Of a stretch of DNA of 64,000 nucleotides, positions 42,601-50,966 are shown in pieces. The notes under the pieces are model-generated. The model ran no database searches and was not told the DNA's origin. It saw only the letters and a program-made list of their open reading frames with translations. The stretch covers positions 9,896-73,895 of the forward strand of contig JBJFCL010000039.1 in the NCBI GenBank assembly GCA_051888935.1. The letters run 5' to 3'. The DNA is from Candidatus Caccovivens sp. (lineage in GTDB: Bacteria > Bacillota > Clostridia > Christensenellales > UBA1242). A program made the translations under genes and the position numbers. Positions within the stretch are counted from its first letter, which is position 1, and each line of letters starts with the position of its first letter.

Positions 42601-44681
42601 ATGCAACACAAGGCAGTCAAAACAATGATGTTGTAATCAAGTCTTTTGCAAGAGAGATTGAAATAACCAAACTCAAAACAGTTCAAGCGGGAGACCAAAT
42701 AATAACCTCTGATTCTCAAACAGAGACTTTGGATTTATCCAATTTCTTTGCTGATTCAAACTCAAACATCGTGACAATGACAGTGGAATTTTTGGGAACT
42801 GACAGAACTGAAACCTTTACTTTTGACAAAACTCATTATAAGCTTTATTTGCTTAGAGAAGAGAACGATGAATTGACATATCCAAATGGGTATCTTAGCG
42901 GTTATATTGTGATTGGCGATCAGCAAATAATTAAATTGTCTTTCAAAGTCACAAATGACAGTATTGAGAATTGTCTATATTCCGATATAAGTGATGATTT
43001 CATGCTTCAACGCTCTGATTGGGGAGAAAATGGAAATATCACATGGAATGAACAGACACAGCAATTTGAGTGGGTATACAACGGCTACAACTCTTTGCAA
43101 GAAACAACAACCTCCATTTCAGTGTCAAAGTCAAATCTTACAACAAATGAAGTTTCTTTGTATTTGGACTCTGAACTCATAGAGTTATCTGAGTATACTC
43201 TTCCAGAGGGGACGCAAATAGAGATTTTGGAAGAAAGTGAAACATATACAAAAATTTCATATTCAAACGGAGAATACTTTATAAATAAGAGCGACTATCA
43301 AGAAGTTTTTGTTGATGGAGAAAACGAAACTCTGAATGTTGGGGTAATGTTTAAAGTCGTTGAAAGTAAGGACGATACATCTATAATTTGTACAGTAGAT
43401 GGAGAATATTATAAGATAGCAAGTTCAAAAATCGTTGCTCCAATTTACATTGTTGAAGTTGTTTATGGTGAAGGAGAGAGTGCTGTTAACAGAATTTACA
43501 CCACCAGCGACAATTTCTTCAAACCGACTGTTATTGGCAAAGTGGGCATAAGTGTTCGTATTAAACTTGGAAACAGCAATATTCAATCGGAAAAATTGAC
43601 TTTTAACGATGGTGGAAAAGTAGATTTCAACCTGTTTGAAAGCGGTGATGGAACAAATTTAAATCCATACAAAATTGCAAGTATAGAGCAATTTAAAAAC
43701 ATTGCAAAAAGACAGACAAAAGATACGGCATTGGTACAATATGTGGAAAACACCAGTGCAATCACAGAGAACAACCAATTCTATTTTGAACTTGCAACAA
43801 ATATTGTGCTCAGTGATGAATCTGATGAATCGACATTTTTGTCAGGTGTCCTCTTTAAAGGAAATTTTGATGGAATAATTGATGGCAAAAATTACACTGT
43901 CTCATATATTGCCAACAACACAAGTGTTTTGGAAACTCCAATACCTGTTTCTGTTGGAAATGTGCTTGGCGCAGAAAATGAAACTTCTACCACATATCGT
44001 TATGGTGTTGCATTATTTGAGTATTTGACTTCTATGTCAAAAATTTCAAATCTTAATCTTGATGTGACTTATCGTTCATCTGGCACAATTCCAAACAACA
44101 GTCTCATGGCAGGACTTACAATCAAAAACAGTGGTCGTATTGAGAATGTAAACTTGACAGGTTTCTCTTCCAACTTTGTAGGATACAGTCTACCAGGAAA
44201 AAGAGTTATAATGGTTTACAGCGGAATTGCTTCAATCAATTTGGGTAGTTCTGCAAATATCACAGATTGTCATGTTCTTACAAACATGGATATTAGTGAC
44301 TACAATCAATCCCAACTTATTTTTGTGAGCGGAATTGTGTTTACAAACTATGCAACGATTGCAAATTGTACATTTGGAAATGAGAGCACATCTGTTTCAT
44401 TGAGTGTTGTGTGTCAAGAGACTTCTGACACTGTTCAAATTGCAGGAATTGCTGTGACCAACACTTCTGGTGCAACTATAAGCAACTGCACAAATTATGC
44501 AAATATCAAAGTTGAATGTACAAAATCAGCAACAAGCAATGTAGTCACAGTTTATATGGCTGGAATTGCTGACCTTGGCGCTGGCACGATGTCATCGAAT
44601 ACAAATTCTGGAACTTTGGAACATAACAATATCAATTTAAGCAATTTGTATTATGGTGAAATTTATGCAAAGAACAAATAA
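33636..44681 (+). CDS. giant surface lipoprotein (3681 aa) with many FN3/Ig-like modules and a C-terminal beta-helix
   Basis: RBS TAGGAGAA and lipobox LSGVLMAC. There are at least 10 recurrences of an FN3-like xLxW...Y signature (VISWNVP, ILTWTQTENALYRV, TYTWNASTNADYYALEIY, TLSWDPIDA, LLSWNAFG, TLSWAAVSNASGYILRMY, NLYWQKQ, VFLWTPQ, ILTWNEN, NITWNEQ). The C-terminus has NPYKIASIEQF..FKGNFDGIIDGKNYTV followed by (A/S)GI(A/V)..N.G.I.NC repeats. Confidence 0.85.
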   Translation: MKKINIVIMSMLTLILSGVLMACTFKKPEAEFSQEEIVLSVGETVDLDQYLSVKEIEKTDLSIVVAKADLFDVDGHKITAQQSGRSDVYAFYQKNILSSVSIVVRKAFEAPTHFEFSQKGVISWNVPVSYFENEKEPTTPQEYLIQGTRTVYSAENPDQIENVYNVNETVQTNSFALTDEGVYKLTVSAKECGYFSQSAQSAAQTFNFGYMEDVQLSWESETGILTWTQTENALYRVKLDGVLLDEKQEQNFKDLSSLIENKENGIHTLSVFVYDANGQKMTKESQSISIEKLAEPVVSYDFSAENGGAIKIQTSSNASAYKIFATNTQSGNVFEYDFENEGQDIKTVLPELEKGLYDIEIVALVDGENLFKSNLLTFGKVYKLDKLNVSGLGNNTNNNFNIKISSQESLFNTNVCAQSINCQVTGLQTGESEKNIALSVEQSGNFDVSLIQMPISRTNSVSEGNVYVLNSDSSEILNLTKVGEFEGQINHFYENEKSILSFSKVPYASNYELLYFNGTDYISVEAQCDIAENVEFVLSAKIEDLFEVVNIEGQQVYQFKIVAKTNDDDVAINSEKTKSIVLLSAPTSANSGNSTNKTYTWNASTNADYYALEIYTIDAETYNEHKDDENYTPSGSSLKVSTANNEYIFENVGYYYAKIYAISANENLYISSQTYMSEMFYIAEQLQLGDVVFGYDETFKNYSGFTQASGYFVKVENTENVDNFEIAVDDIANIFEIAGDDFSIYLFSETFAQAGRDYEVSVVAHAQDSTLYPNSEKETIMVSRLSPVTYNDMQIDKLTKTLTIKGKEGVSSILIWESDSNTASTLNEGEDAVFDISALSNFDLKFNLYGDKLADNVYSGNRIYLDSEQSTFNFSRLASPTDLRYYNGSLTMEHTATTATSYYVLDINCKTTTNTSYKLSVKFAQLVSVEYNGTEYPLGEKNDFISYSGTKITIDLAKIINLICLDETLGEIYNQAKEISFSAYAYQKSETSGRVTLSSFCATTYEDSTSTDLVVKKMASPEMEFSYTETDYTLSWDPIDANASVEAVTTYKIERNGEEFGSIEDYSLTATFSSSEFEIATFYDLCVTATNPNFLGEGVSNIVRIYRLRPITRLNLNNDGQLGFAVLDANYNSGVQVTTTSGSALNTTGKIDISESGAYTLKVVGKIVNNADAKVYYIDSTSSTWTLYNMASIKPSDTSLTLANNLLSWNAFGEGKGLGSLEYLVIFKDANGNFVRHSTTSTEVNLQNETTLFNSISTSLSAGDITISVSAHLTPYAVTSGGDIYYSQNVTLIDGTVENNHYLYEEHSSLKKLSTPEVTEVEFVHTDLADAQFPNIKISFVGNYGDIGRFTILLNDTVLKTLNINKTNDVYSFELTKEDYNNALLIGETMTVKVSAISSTDIPSSVGSVDIERAYTLKSLALAEEDGNFTQSLEVEFESDYLDSTVGGVVLEIVYDNGTGSQTAYELLSVDSVSERLSFDLSKFFKEKLKDGGTIKFSAYTNNFSDDENHYLACPEKKETQTYNVLKSVATVEKQAGGFVISDELNNDSTTYEIKYGANKFVVGKEDGFYFEVPDVWDNGTYNLKIQAKETGYVDSVITDIEFVLNRINKVSGVTMTRVADLSDVTLSWAAVSNASGYILRMYASDDTDKENLLYQFDATGNSYKLTEIFGNNYSSLLDIGEVTAFDLMSDMNVTFTLVAVGSDANNSKALEFNACIKGNSMTIDDLKLDDYSILTFDSEIGLSYLYRFVGADGSALSNWKQIDADTVTTTLDTSAVDTGTLFNVEIVKMGSISSTSSDYNFDLDSIALTTVGNDLTYILNDEIEKIGYNSAYDYEMVITATSNSFNKLFVGLDETAILDGNVVTVYPREIVGSNVGVQMNYAYSFADLLDAFESAEIPFNPKDTDTELYFWAYRETQDISGSYVVSKPYKFVLSFINENDFDSVTKIGQIEGGKFAEDYANTYVLFENKDVENALQTLGIYVKISQQEEEGYTITKFVQKDKLISQYFDGMFAINLTDLFEEEDLVDLSGNFAIAFAKLQLATETQKYILSNWLVSSNDSPFEFERLMAVTSLSLSAGNLYWQKQQEAGDRYYVYFADDLNDGKLSENYAYYVSTTTYFNASDFAGAEHTYYIAVRSLSLDIYQISSKFKFIEENSGEGFVPAKVYKNQITSPIVLKDGAISVAWDADGDFYKKLTSATANYATLADELVNTTFTSPFTFTIKNLVGNNLTLSMRFTSLNAGTEGVRQNFSINAKNLLSDLIAFGEENGFDIEERLNLLILNANSTETKSYLDKLLTLIKNGSHGIANKDILFDDYFDQLQLGGYKLEYCLLGNNTTLNSSWHSFKNANEENAFYVNEEPYVRVEKIESETDKSYNDYKVFVKKSNIYNYIDGEYLLEQANNYVIKIYDDVQMYVFAITKGIDAFSLRMLNDAQDRSVNVYECNSNGEELAGGDYLMFYINHNSGDSLLGVYGQEIEKLSFKMQVFAVGNDFSASSKSKFFNLTLLGFGKSLTVNKGVFLWTPQLNRSTTVIYRKSTSIGDGEVTVDGSLTTAKFSLDGLGDGLYNYIKFVVIGEIKDNTIYVDSEIYQIDNIYKLSSPTLSNEFGYIAIDDSANLSVLNGCYSDANPFNYILYNDVSTSGSYIDFTDDNMGTSKILYQPGTTGIVDQTTNDDYNYKSTEQDASQYMVSSVGTTAKIVAVEDETNYYIKKLHPVDLASGLASEKYVALRSNITTLNNVKYGIFDAKMLNATTGMKIENGILTWNENSGNTSVQDEILKVPATNGAKVVYKVTVVQYKLSASANGYNEDNVGVEYYYYTTNNQFDFAQIREDQIVDTTEVTYLKATVQALALYTSDIMPSGDYVEFVEGGYGYGKLNYVKEDGTTTSVAIIMSEGEIKKQIDRLEPIKDNSLKVVNGKIQWKYTTEFGMTKDTLLNQYSFVVVDADGKQIDGTFDVSAPETNLTNLDFTITFTEKKGELKSGTQTLKVYATQGSQNNDVVIKSFAREIEITKLKTVQAGDQIITSDSQTETLDLSNFFADSNSNIVTMTVEFLGTDRTETFTFDKTHYKLYLLREENDELTYPNGYLSGYIVIGDQQIIKLSFKVTNDSIENCLYSDISDDFMLQRSDWGENGNITWNEQTQQFEWVYNGYNSLQETTTSISVSKSNLTTNEVSLYLDSELIELSEYTLPEGTQIEILEESETYTKISYSNGEYFINKSDYQEVFVDGENETLNVGVMFKVVESKDDTSIICTVDGEYYKIASSKIVAPIYIVEVVYGEGESAVNRIYTTSDNFFKPTVIGKVGISVRIKLGNSNIQSEKLTFNDGGKVDFNLFESGDGTNLNPYKIASIEQFKNIAKRQTKDTALVQYVENTSAITENNQFYFELATNIVLSDESDESTFLSGVLFKGNFDGIIDGKNYTVSYIANNTSVLETPIPVSVGNVLGAENETSTTYRYGVALFEYLTSMSKISNLNLDVTYRSSGTIPNNSLMAGLTIKNSGRIENVNLTGFSSNFVGYSLPGKRVIMVYSGIASINLGSSANITDCHVLTNMDISDYNQSQLIFVSGIVFTNYATIANCTFGNESTSVSLSVVCQETSDTVQIAGIAVTNTSGATISNCTNYANIKVECTKSATSNVVTVYMAGIADLGAGTMSSNTNSGTLEHNNINLSNLYYGEIYAKNK

Positions 44682-44705
44682 TAAGATATTGCACGAAAAA
44701 ATAAA

Positions 44706-44738
44706 AAAAGTGGCGAAATTGCTCGTCACTTTTTTATT
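44706..44738. terminator. bidirectional intrinsic terminator
   Basis: AAAAGTGGCGA-AATTGC-TCGTCACTTTT hairpin (one G:U pair) between convergent genes, with flanking A and T runs. Confidence 0.7.
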
Positions 44739-44752
44739 ATTTCAAACTCTTA

Positions 44753-46585
44753 TTAAATCTCGCCTCTAAGCATCTTGCCTTTTTCTCTTAGACGCATATT
44801 GTGGTCAAGAATAATTTTTCTTATTCGGATAGATTTTGGTGTTACTTCCAAATATTCATCATCGCCCAAAAATTCAATACAGTCTTCAAGGCTCATGATT
44901 CTTGGAGGAGTAAGTCTTAGAGCATCATCAGAGCCAGATGAACGGCAGTTTGAAAGGTGTTTTGTCTTGCAAACATTGACAACGATATCTCCACCTTTTG
45001 GGTTTGTGCCCACAACCATTCCGCCATAGACATCAACGCCCGCACCGATAAAGAGTTCTCCTCTCTCTTGTGCGTTGTAAAGCCCATAAACGATTGCTTT
45101 TCCAGTTTCATGAGCAATAAGTGCTCCAAATTCACGGCGATTGATTTCACCTTTGTAAGGTTCATAATCATAGAATATAGAGTTGATAATTCCTTCACCA
45201 CGAGTGTCAGTCAAGTATTCTGACTTAAATCCAAAGAGTCCTCGTGATGGAATCAAAAATTCCATTCTCATACGATTTCCATGTGGAGTCATGTTTTGGA
45301 GGTCGCCTTTACGAACTCCCATTTTATTCATAACTGTTCCAACACAATCTTCTGGAACATCAAGGAAAAGTCTGTCAATAGGTTCGCATTTCACTCCGTC
45401 AATGACCTTGATCAAAACTTTTGGCTGACTTACTTGGAATTCATAACCATCTCTTCTCATATTTTCAATTAAAATTGATAGGTGCATTTCACCACGACCA
45501 CGAACTTTAAACTTGTCTGCCGTATCTCCATCTTCAACACGAAGTGAAAGGTCTTTGACTGCCTCTTTGTAGAGTCTGTCGCGAAGATGTCTTGATGTGA
45601 CAAATTTTCCTTCTTTTCCAGCGAAAGGACTGTCATTGACCATGAATGTCATTTCCACGCTAGGTTCGGCAATTTTGACAAATTCAATAGGTTCGATATT
45701 TGCTTCATCGCAAATTGTGTCGCCAATAGTAACATTTTCAAGTCCTGCAACGCAGACAATCTCTCCGGCACTGGCACTTTCCACATTGACGCGTTTAAGT
45801 CCTTCATAAACAAACAAACTTACAACTTTTGATTTAACCTTTTTGTCTGGGTCATGATAGTTTGTCACAACAACATTTTGTCCAACTTTTATTGTCCCTC
45901 TATCAATTTTTCCAACAGCAAGTTTTCCAACATAATCATTGTGTTCTGCTGATGAAACAAGCATTTTGAGAGGTTCTTCTGCGTTTCCTTGTGGAGCAGG
46001 AATGTGACTTATGATTGTTTCAAACAAAGGTTTCATATCTGTGCCTTTGACATTTTGGTCAACAGAAGCGATTCCTTCTCTTGCAGACGCAAAAACAAAA
46101 GGAGAGTTGAGTTGGTCTTCGTCGGCATCAAGTTCCAAAAACAATTCAAGCACTTCATCAATAACTTCTTTAATGCGGGCATCTGGTCTGTCGATTTTGT
46201 TGATTACAACCACAACTTTTAGTCCAAGAGACAATGCTTTTTCAAGTACGAAGCGTGTTTGAGGCATTGGTCCTTCATATGCATCAACCACCAAAAGAAC
46301 ACCATCTACCATTTTGAGAACTCTTTCAACTTCTCCGCCGAAGTCAGCGTGTCCCGGGGTGTCTATGACATTGATTTTTATACCATTATAAAAGCAAGAA
46401 GTGTTTTTTGACAAAATGGTTATGCCTCTTTCTCTTTCAAGAGCATTGCTGTCCATGACCCTATCTTCAACCACTTGATTTTCTCTAAAAACATTTCCTT
46501 GTTTCAAAAGTTCGTTGACCAATGAAGTTTTGCCATGGTCAACGTGAGCGATAATTGCGACGTTTCTTATGTTATTGTTTTCCAT
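44753..46585 (-). CDS. typA: translational GTPase TypA/BipA
   Basis: 610 aa. [36 protein letters not shown] and NKIDR are the G motifs, and the EF-G-like domain order is present. Confidence 0.92.
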   Translation of the reverse strand: MENNNIRNVAIIAHVDHGKTSLVNELLKQGNVFRENQVVEDRVMDSNALERERGITILSKNTSCFYNGIKINVIDTPGHADFGGEVERVLKMVDGVLLVVDAYEGPMPQTRFVLEKALSLGLKVVVVINKIDRPDARIKEVIDEVLELFLELDADEDQLNSPFVFASAREGIASVDQNVKGTDMKPLFETIISHIPAPQGNAEEPLKMLVSSAEHNDYVGKLAVGKIDRGTIKVGQNVVVTNYHDPDKKVKSKVVSLFVYEGLKRVNVESASAGEIVCVAGLENVTIGDTICDEANIEPIEFVKIAEPSVEMTFMVNDSPFAGKEGKFVTSRHLRDRLYKEAVKDLSLRVEDGDTADKFKVRGRGEMHLSILIENMRRDGYEFQVSQPKVLIKVIDGVKCEPIDRLFLDVPEDCVGTVMNKMGVRKGDLQNMTPHGNRMRMEFLIPSRGLFGFKSEYLTDTRGEGIINSIFYDYEPYKGEINRREFGALIAHETGKAIVYGLYNAQERGELFIGAGVDVYGGMVVGTNPKGGDIVVNVCKTKHLSNCRSSGSDDALRLTPPRIMSLEDCIEFLGDDEYLEVTPKSIRIRKIILDHNMRLREKGKMLRGEI

Positions 46586-46680
46586 TTTTTATTTCCTTTT
46601 TTTATTAAAACCTAAATAGTATAGCATTATTTTAAAGAAAACACAATAGAAGAACACAATTTTTTTATTTTTCCAAAAAT

Positions 46681-46709
46681 TTGACATCATTCGACAATTA
46701 TGATATATT
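46681..46709 (+). promoter_or_regulatory. sigma-A promoter with an exact 0A box in the spacer
   Basis: TTGACA (46681-46686), 17-nt spacer, TATATT (46704-46709). TTCGACA, the exact complement of TGTCGAA, is at 46690-46696. Confidence 0.4.
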
Positions 46710-46726
46710 AATTCAAGGAGAACTTT

Positions 46727-47503
46727 ATGTTTGAATTAGAACATATTTTATGGATTGTATTTTCATTGTTAGCAGTAGGATTGATTCTTTTTGGGTTGCA
46801 TTTCATCAAATCACAAAAATACAAGAATCTGGTCCTTTTTATTTTTGCGATTTGTTGTTTTGGAGTTCATATTTCAACAATGTATACATCGTTTTTTAAC
46901 AATGGAGGAATGGGAACTGCATTAGACAATCAATTATTTCCAATATTTTTTTGTAATTATATGATGTATTTGTTGCTGATTGCCAGTTTGTGGCCAAACA
47001 AAAACAGTAAATTCTTTAAAATCTTTGCAACATTTTTGGCTTATGGTGGGACATTTGGTGCATTGATTACATTGTTTGTTACTCCTCCTGGATTTTCCAG
47101 TTGGAGTACTTTGGAATCCGCATTCTCACATACATTTTTATTGCTAGGCAGTTTGTGGTTGTTTGTTGGCGGTTATGTAAAAATTAGCGTTTACAATGTT
47201 ATTCCATACTCATTTGGATTGCTTTCTTGCGGAGTGGTTGGTGGAATTGTTGAGTTGATTTTCTATCTTGGCGGTATGCCAAGTCCAAACGCTATGTATT
47301 TGGTGCATGGACCACATGAATTGCCAGAATTTCAATGGTGGATGTTTGTGATATGTATGCTGGCTATTGTGTTTGCATTTACAGCAATATGGGAGTGGTG
47401 TACTCGCAAAAAAGAAGATAGATGGTATCATTCAACAAAAGATTTGTCATTATATTTCAAAACCAAAGACAACAAAACAGAAAATGACGAAAAAGTATGC
47501 TAA
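46727..47503 (+). CDS. polytopic membrane protein (possibly YwaF/TIGR02206-like)
   Basis: 258 aa with RBS AAGGAGAA and about 7 TM helices. The family call is weak. Confidence 0.5.
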   Translation: MFELEHILWIVFSLLAVGLILFGLHFIKSQKYKNLVLFIFAICCFGVHISTMYTSFFNNGGMGTALDNQLFPIFFCNYMMYLLLIASLWPNKNSKFFKIFATFLAYGGTFGALITLFVTPPGFSSWSTLESAFSHTFLLLGSLWLFVGGYVKISVYNVIPYSFGLLSCGVVGGIVELIFYLGGMPSPNAMYLVHGPHELPEFQWWMFVICMLAIVFAFTAIWEWCTRKKEDRWYHSTKDLSLYFKTKDNKTENDEKVC

Positions 47504-47516
47504 AAAGCATATTTTT

Positions 47517-48359
47517 TTAAACTTTTCCCCGTTTTTTCAACATGATATAAGCCACTAGCATACCGGCAAAAACGACTACAACTGCACTTGCATACCAAAC
47601 CGCTCTGTTTGGGGAAGTTACCCAAAAGGTGATTGTGTTGTCGCTCTTTATGTCTTCTGTGCTTTTGATAAACACATTATGTGAATATGTCCCATCATCA
47701 TACATACACTCGGACATTAGACCAGTGTTTTGAGTGGCAAAGTCATAGATGTAAACACCTTCATCAAAAATATCCAAAACTGCCTGTTTTTTGTCGCTGG
47801 ACATATGAGAGTTTTCGCACCAAGCTTCCACGGCAAGAGTGCAAACTCTCTTAAAATTTTCTGCGGAACTTTCACTTGAAAAAACAAAAGAAGATTGAAT
47901 TTTTGTTTTTTTAACAAAAAATCCGCTTGAAATGGTTTTGGAGGAAGTTGAAGTGTTGTTGTCTTCGTTGTTTTCACTTCCAAAAAATTTTTGCTGTGCA
48001 TTTAAATTGTCAAAAGTTATGGTAAAACCCAGTCCGTCAACATCAGCAAAAAACACAACTCCGCCAACTGAACACCCTTCAATTTCTTTTTGTTTGTAAG
48101 TTTTGGAAAGTGCATTGACATATGTGGTGAGATAAAATTTGAAAGTATTGATTTCACTTGGCGTAAACTGCAACAATTCAAGTTCTTGGGAATTGATTGG
48201 AAACGAATAAGAAAGTTCAATTTTTCCAGTGTTTTGCGCTCTCCTTGCCACGCGAAAGGCATTTGTTTCAAGATATGACACATTTTCAGCACATGCGACA
48301 TCTGCAAAACAAAAAGTCAAAGCGAAGAACAAAAAAAGGATACAAATAGTTTTTTTCAC
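47517..48359 (-). CDS. secreted protein with C-terminal membrane anchor, unknown function
   Basis: 280 aa. Signal peptide MKKTICILFLFFALTFCFADVACA and C-terminal TM AVWYASAVVVVFAGMLVAYIML followed by KKRGKV. Confidence 0.5.
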   Translation of the reverse strand: MKKTICILFLFFALTFCFADVACAENVSYLETNAFRVARRAQNTGKIELSYSFPINSQELELLQFTPSEINTFKFYLTTYVNALSKTYKQKEIEGCSVGGVVFFADVDGLGFTITFDNLNAQQKFFGSENNEDNNTSTSSKTISSGFFVKKTKIQSSFVFSSESSAENFKRVCTLAVEAWCENSHMSSDKKQAVLDIFDEGVYIYDFATQNTGLMSECMYDDGTYSHNVFIKSTEDIKSDNTITFWVTSPNRAVWYASAVVVVFAGMLVAYIMLKKRGKV

Positions 48360-48503
48360 ACAATATTTATACTCGTTTTGTTGATTGTATATTCTTTTTG
48401 GAAAAAATTAAACAAATATAATTCAAAATATTGGAGAAAGATTTTTTTAAAATTGACAAATTGATGTTTTATTGTTATACTTAAATTATTAAAAGGGGAA
48501 ATC

Positions 48504-48758
48504 TTGAAAAGTACGGAAAAACAAGAACTTAAAAAGAAATTGTCTCGCATTGGGCTGTTTTTGCTCATAGTTTTTCTGCCTATGCTCTTGGTTTGCATCT
48601 TGCTCCAAGTGGCAGGAGTGAAAGAACAATGGATTAGCATTATGGTTCTTGTTGTGCTGATGTTCATTTTGTTTTTTATCTATATCTTTATTTGCACAAA
48701 ATTGGACGCTAGAAAAAAAGAACGCATGAGCAAGAAAAAAGACCCTTTTTCGGATTAG
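48504..48758 (+). CDS. small two-TM membrane protein
   Basis: 84 aa. TTG start after AAAAGGGGAAATC, and the ORF ends 10 nt before dnaB. Confidence 0.4.
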   Translation: MKSTEKQELKKKLSRIGLFLLIVFLPMLLVCILLQVAGVKEQWISIMVLVVLMFILFFIYIFICTKLDARKKERMSKKKDPFSD

Positions 48759-48767
48759 GAGAAAGTT

Positions 48768-50135
48768 ATGGCAGATTACAAAATTTTACCAAACAGTCTG
48801 GAAGCGGAACAAGCAATTTTGGGTTGTGTATTACTTGATAATGATGCACAAATGGATATCTTTGCGAAGTTAAATCCAAATGATTTTTATTCAGAATCTC
48901 ACAAAAACATCTTTGATAGTATGCTCAAAATATACAGCAAAAGCATACCTGTTGATTTTGTCACACTCACAAACCAGTTGGAAGTTGAAAAGAAGTTGGA
49001 AAGCATTGGCGGAATTGACTATGTTACTTACTTGACAAATGTTGTTCCATCATCTGCAAACTTTGAGCATTATCTTAACATTGTGAAAAATAATTCTCTC
49101 AGGCGTCATCTGGTGGCTGAGGCACAGGAAATTATCAAAAATGCATTTGACACAGAAGATGCTGATTCTGCCATGCAGTTTGCAGAAAAAGTGATATTTG
49201 ACCTCTCTCAAAAAGAAAGTTCTTCTGACCTTGAACTTGTCGGAAAGCCTGGTGGAACACTTACGAATGTTTTGAAACAAATCTCTGAACTTGCTGAAAA
49301 CAAAGGCAAAATGCGTGGAATTCCAACAGGATACAAAGAATTTGATGAAATCACAAACGGACTTCAAAAGAGCGATTTGATTTTGCTTGCTGCTCGTCCG
49401 GGTGTCGGAAAAACTTCTTTTGCCATGAATATTGCAGTCAATTCTGCAATAAATGATGGTTCAAAAGTGGCAATATTCTCGCTTGAAATGTCCAAAGAAC
49501 AACTTATGCAAAGAGCATTGGCTTCTCTTGCAAAAGTCAATTTGGCAAATGTGCTTCGTGGGAGCATGGATTCCGAAGAATGGAAGAGAATTTGGACAGC
49601 GGAGAAAAAGTTGGCACAAAGTTCAATCTTTGTTGACGACTCCTCAATGGTAACTCCATTCGATATTATTTCAAAGTGTCGAAAACTCAAAATGACAGAA
49701 GGCCTTGACCTAATTGTGATTGACTATCTTCAACTTATGACAATGGGAAAGGCGTCAAGAGAATCTCGTGTTCAAGAAGTAAGCGATTTGACAAGAACAT
49801 TGAAAATTGCTGCAAAAGAACTCAATGTTCCAATCATTTTGCTCTCACAACTTTCCCGTGCAGTTGAAACTCGTGAAGGGTTTGAAGGACACAAACCTGT
49901 TTTGAGCGACCTTCGTGATTCTGGCTCAATCGAGCAAGATGCAGATATTGTGCTCTTCCTCTACAACCCAGAGAAATACAACGATGTTGTCACGGAAGAT
50001 CCACCTGGAACAAACTATTTGCTTATTTCCAAACACAGAGCAGGGCGTGTTGGTGAAGTCAAACTCAAATGGGTGGGAGAATACACGACTTATCTCAATT
50101 TTGACGAGCAAGTTCAAGTTGAAGAACAAAAATAG
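48768..50135 (+). CDS. dnaB: replicative DNA helicase DnaB
   Basis: 455 aa. LPNSLEAEQAILGCVLLDN, Walker A ARPGVGKTSFAMN, Walker B IVIDYLQLM, and the SDLRDSGSIEQDAD motif. Confidence 0.92.
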   Translation: MADYKILPNSLEAEQAILGCVLLDNDAQMDIFAKLNPNDFYSESHKNIFDSMLKIYSKSIPVDFVTLTNQLEVEKKLESIGGIDYVTYLTNVVPSSANFEHYLNIVKNNSLRRHLVAEAQEIIKNAFDTEDADSAMQFAEKVIFDLSQKESSSDLELVGKPGGTLTNVLKQISELAENKGKMRGIPTGYKEFDEITNGLQKSDLILLAARPGVGKTSFAMNIAVNSAINDGSKVAIFSLEMSKEQLMQRALASLAKVNLANVLRGSMDSEEWKRIWTAEKKLAQSSIFVDDSSMVTPFDIISKCRKLKMTEGLDLIVIDYLQLMTMGKASRESRVQEVSDLTRTLKIAAKELNVPIILLSQLSRAVETREGFEGHKPVLSDLRDSGSIEQDADIVLFLYNPEKYNDVVTEDPPGTNYLLISKHRAGRVGEVKLKWVGEYTTYLNFDEQVQVEEQK

Positions 50136-50143
50136 GAGGGAAT

Positions 50144-50956
50144 ATGAAGAGAAAATGGTTTTTTACAATTTTAATTCTGGCAGTAGTTGCTGTGGTTTTG
50201 ACAATTGTTTTTATCAATTTGTTTAGAGAAAAAGACACAAAACAATTATCTGAAAAAGTAAATTCTGTTACAACAGCAGGTTATCTGTCTGAGGATAGTG
50301 AAGAATATGCCATTATAAACGCATATTTTGATGATGTTTATTTAAAACTCACCACTGGCGAAGAAAAAGCGGAAGTAAAAAACTACCAAGACACATACAA
50401 AGCATATGTTCTGGCTGGCAAGTTTTTTAATAGTCAGTTGGTTTTCAGCGAATACACAGAGACATATAAAAACAATCGTAAAATTATAGAGAAATCATTT
50501 GAAAATGCACAAGAAGCAACAAACAGTTTTAAGCAATATATCATTGACAATAAAGAAGTTGTTGGAGACAGTGATTATTGGACGGCAAACACTTGGGCTA
50601 ACTGCAAAGGTTTTGCAAGCACAATGTTTTTAGAGACTGTTGACGCGTTTAATCTATTGCAACTTGTATATCAAGCGTCTGTTCCTTCAAAACTTATGAA
50701 AAATGACCTCACTGGTTTAGTTTTTGACACAATGACAGAATTTTCTGAGCAGACAAAAGAAAACTTGAACAGTGATGAAGGATGTGGACTTAAATTATAC
50801 AATTTAGTCTATATTTACTTAACTGGAAATGGAGAAAAACTTATCCTCAATTTCAATTATAATTATAATTCTCAAACAAAAGTTGCCAATATAAAAGAAA
50901 ACGGCAAAGAAAGTGTATATTATCAAGATTTCCTTGAAGGAAGAATTGAAAATTAA
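50144..50956 (+). CDS. hypothetical N-terminally anchored extracytoplasmic helical protein
   Basis: 270 aa. The start lies after AGGAGGGAAT and there is a single TM (FFTILILAVVAVVLTIVFINLF). Confidence 0.5.
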   Translation: MKRKWFFTILILAVVAVVLTIVFINLFREKDTKQLSEKVNSVTTAGYLSEDSEEYAIINAYFDDVYLKLTTGEEKAEVKNYQDTYKAYVLAGKFFNSQLVFSEYTETYKNNRKIIEKSFENAQEATNSFKQYIIDNKEVVGDSDYWTANTWANCKGFASTMFLETVDAFNLLQLVYQASVPSKLMKNDLTGLVFDTMTEFSEQTKENLNSDEGCGLKLYNLVYIYLTGNGEKLILNFNYNYNSQTKVANIKENGKESVYYQDFLEGRIEN

Positions 50957-50966
50957 GAGGTGGGTT

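Noticed and set aside
33793-43774. Many 60-150-aa ORFs on either strand inside the giant gene. The same applies to 55181..62838 inside the second giant gene and to nested ORFs in typA, the T4CP gene and the ABC genes.
   Set aside because: They are fully nested in long ORFs with clear protein signatures, lack RBSs and have skewed composition. I treat them as frame-shadow ORFs.
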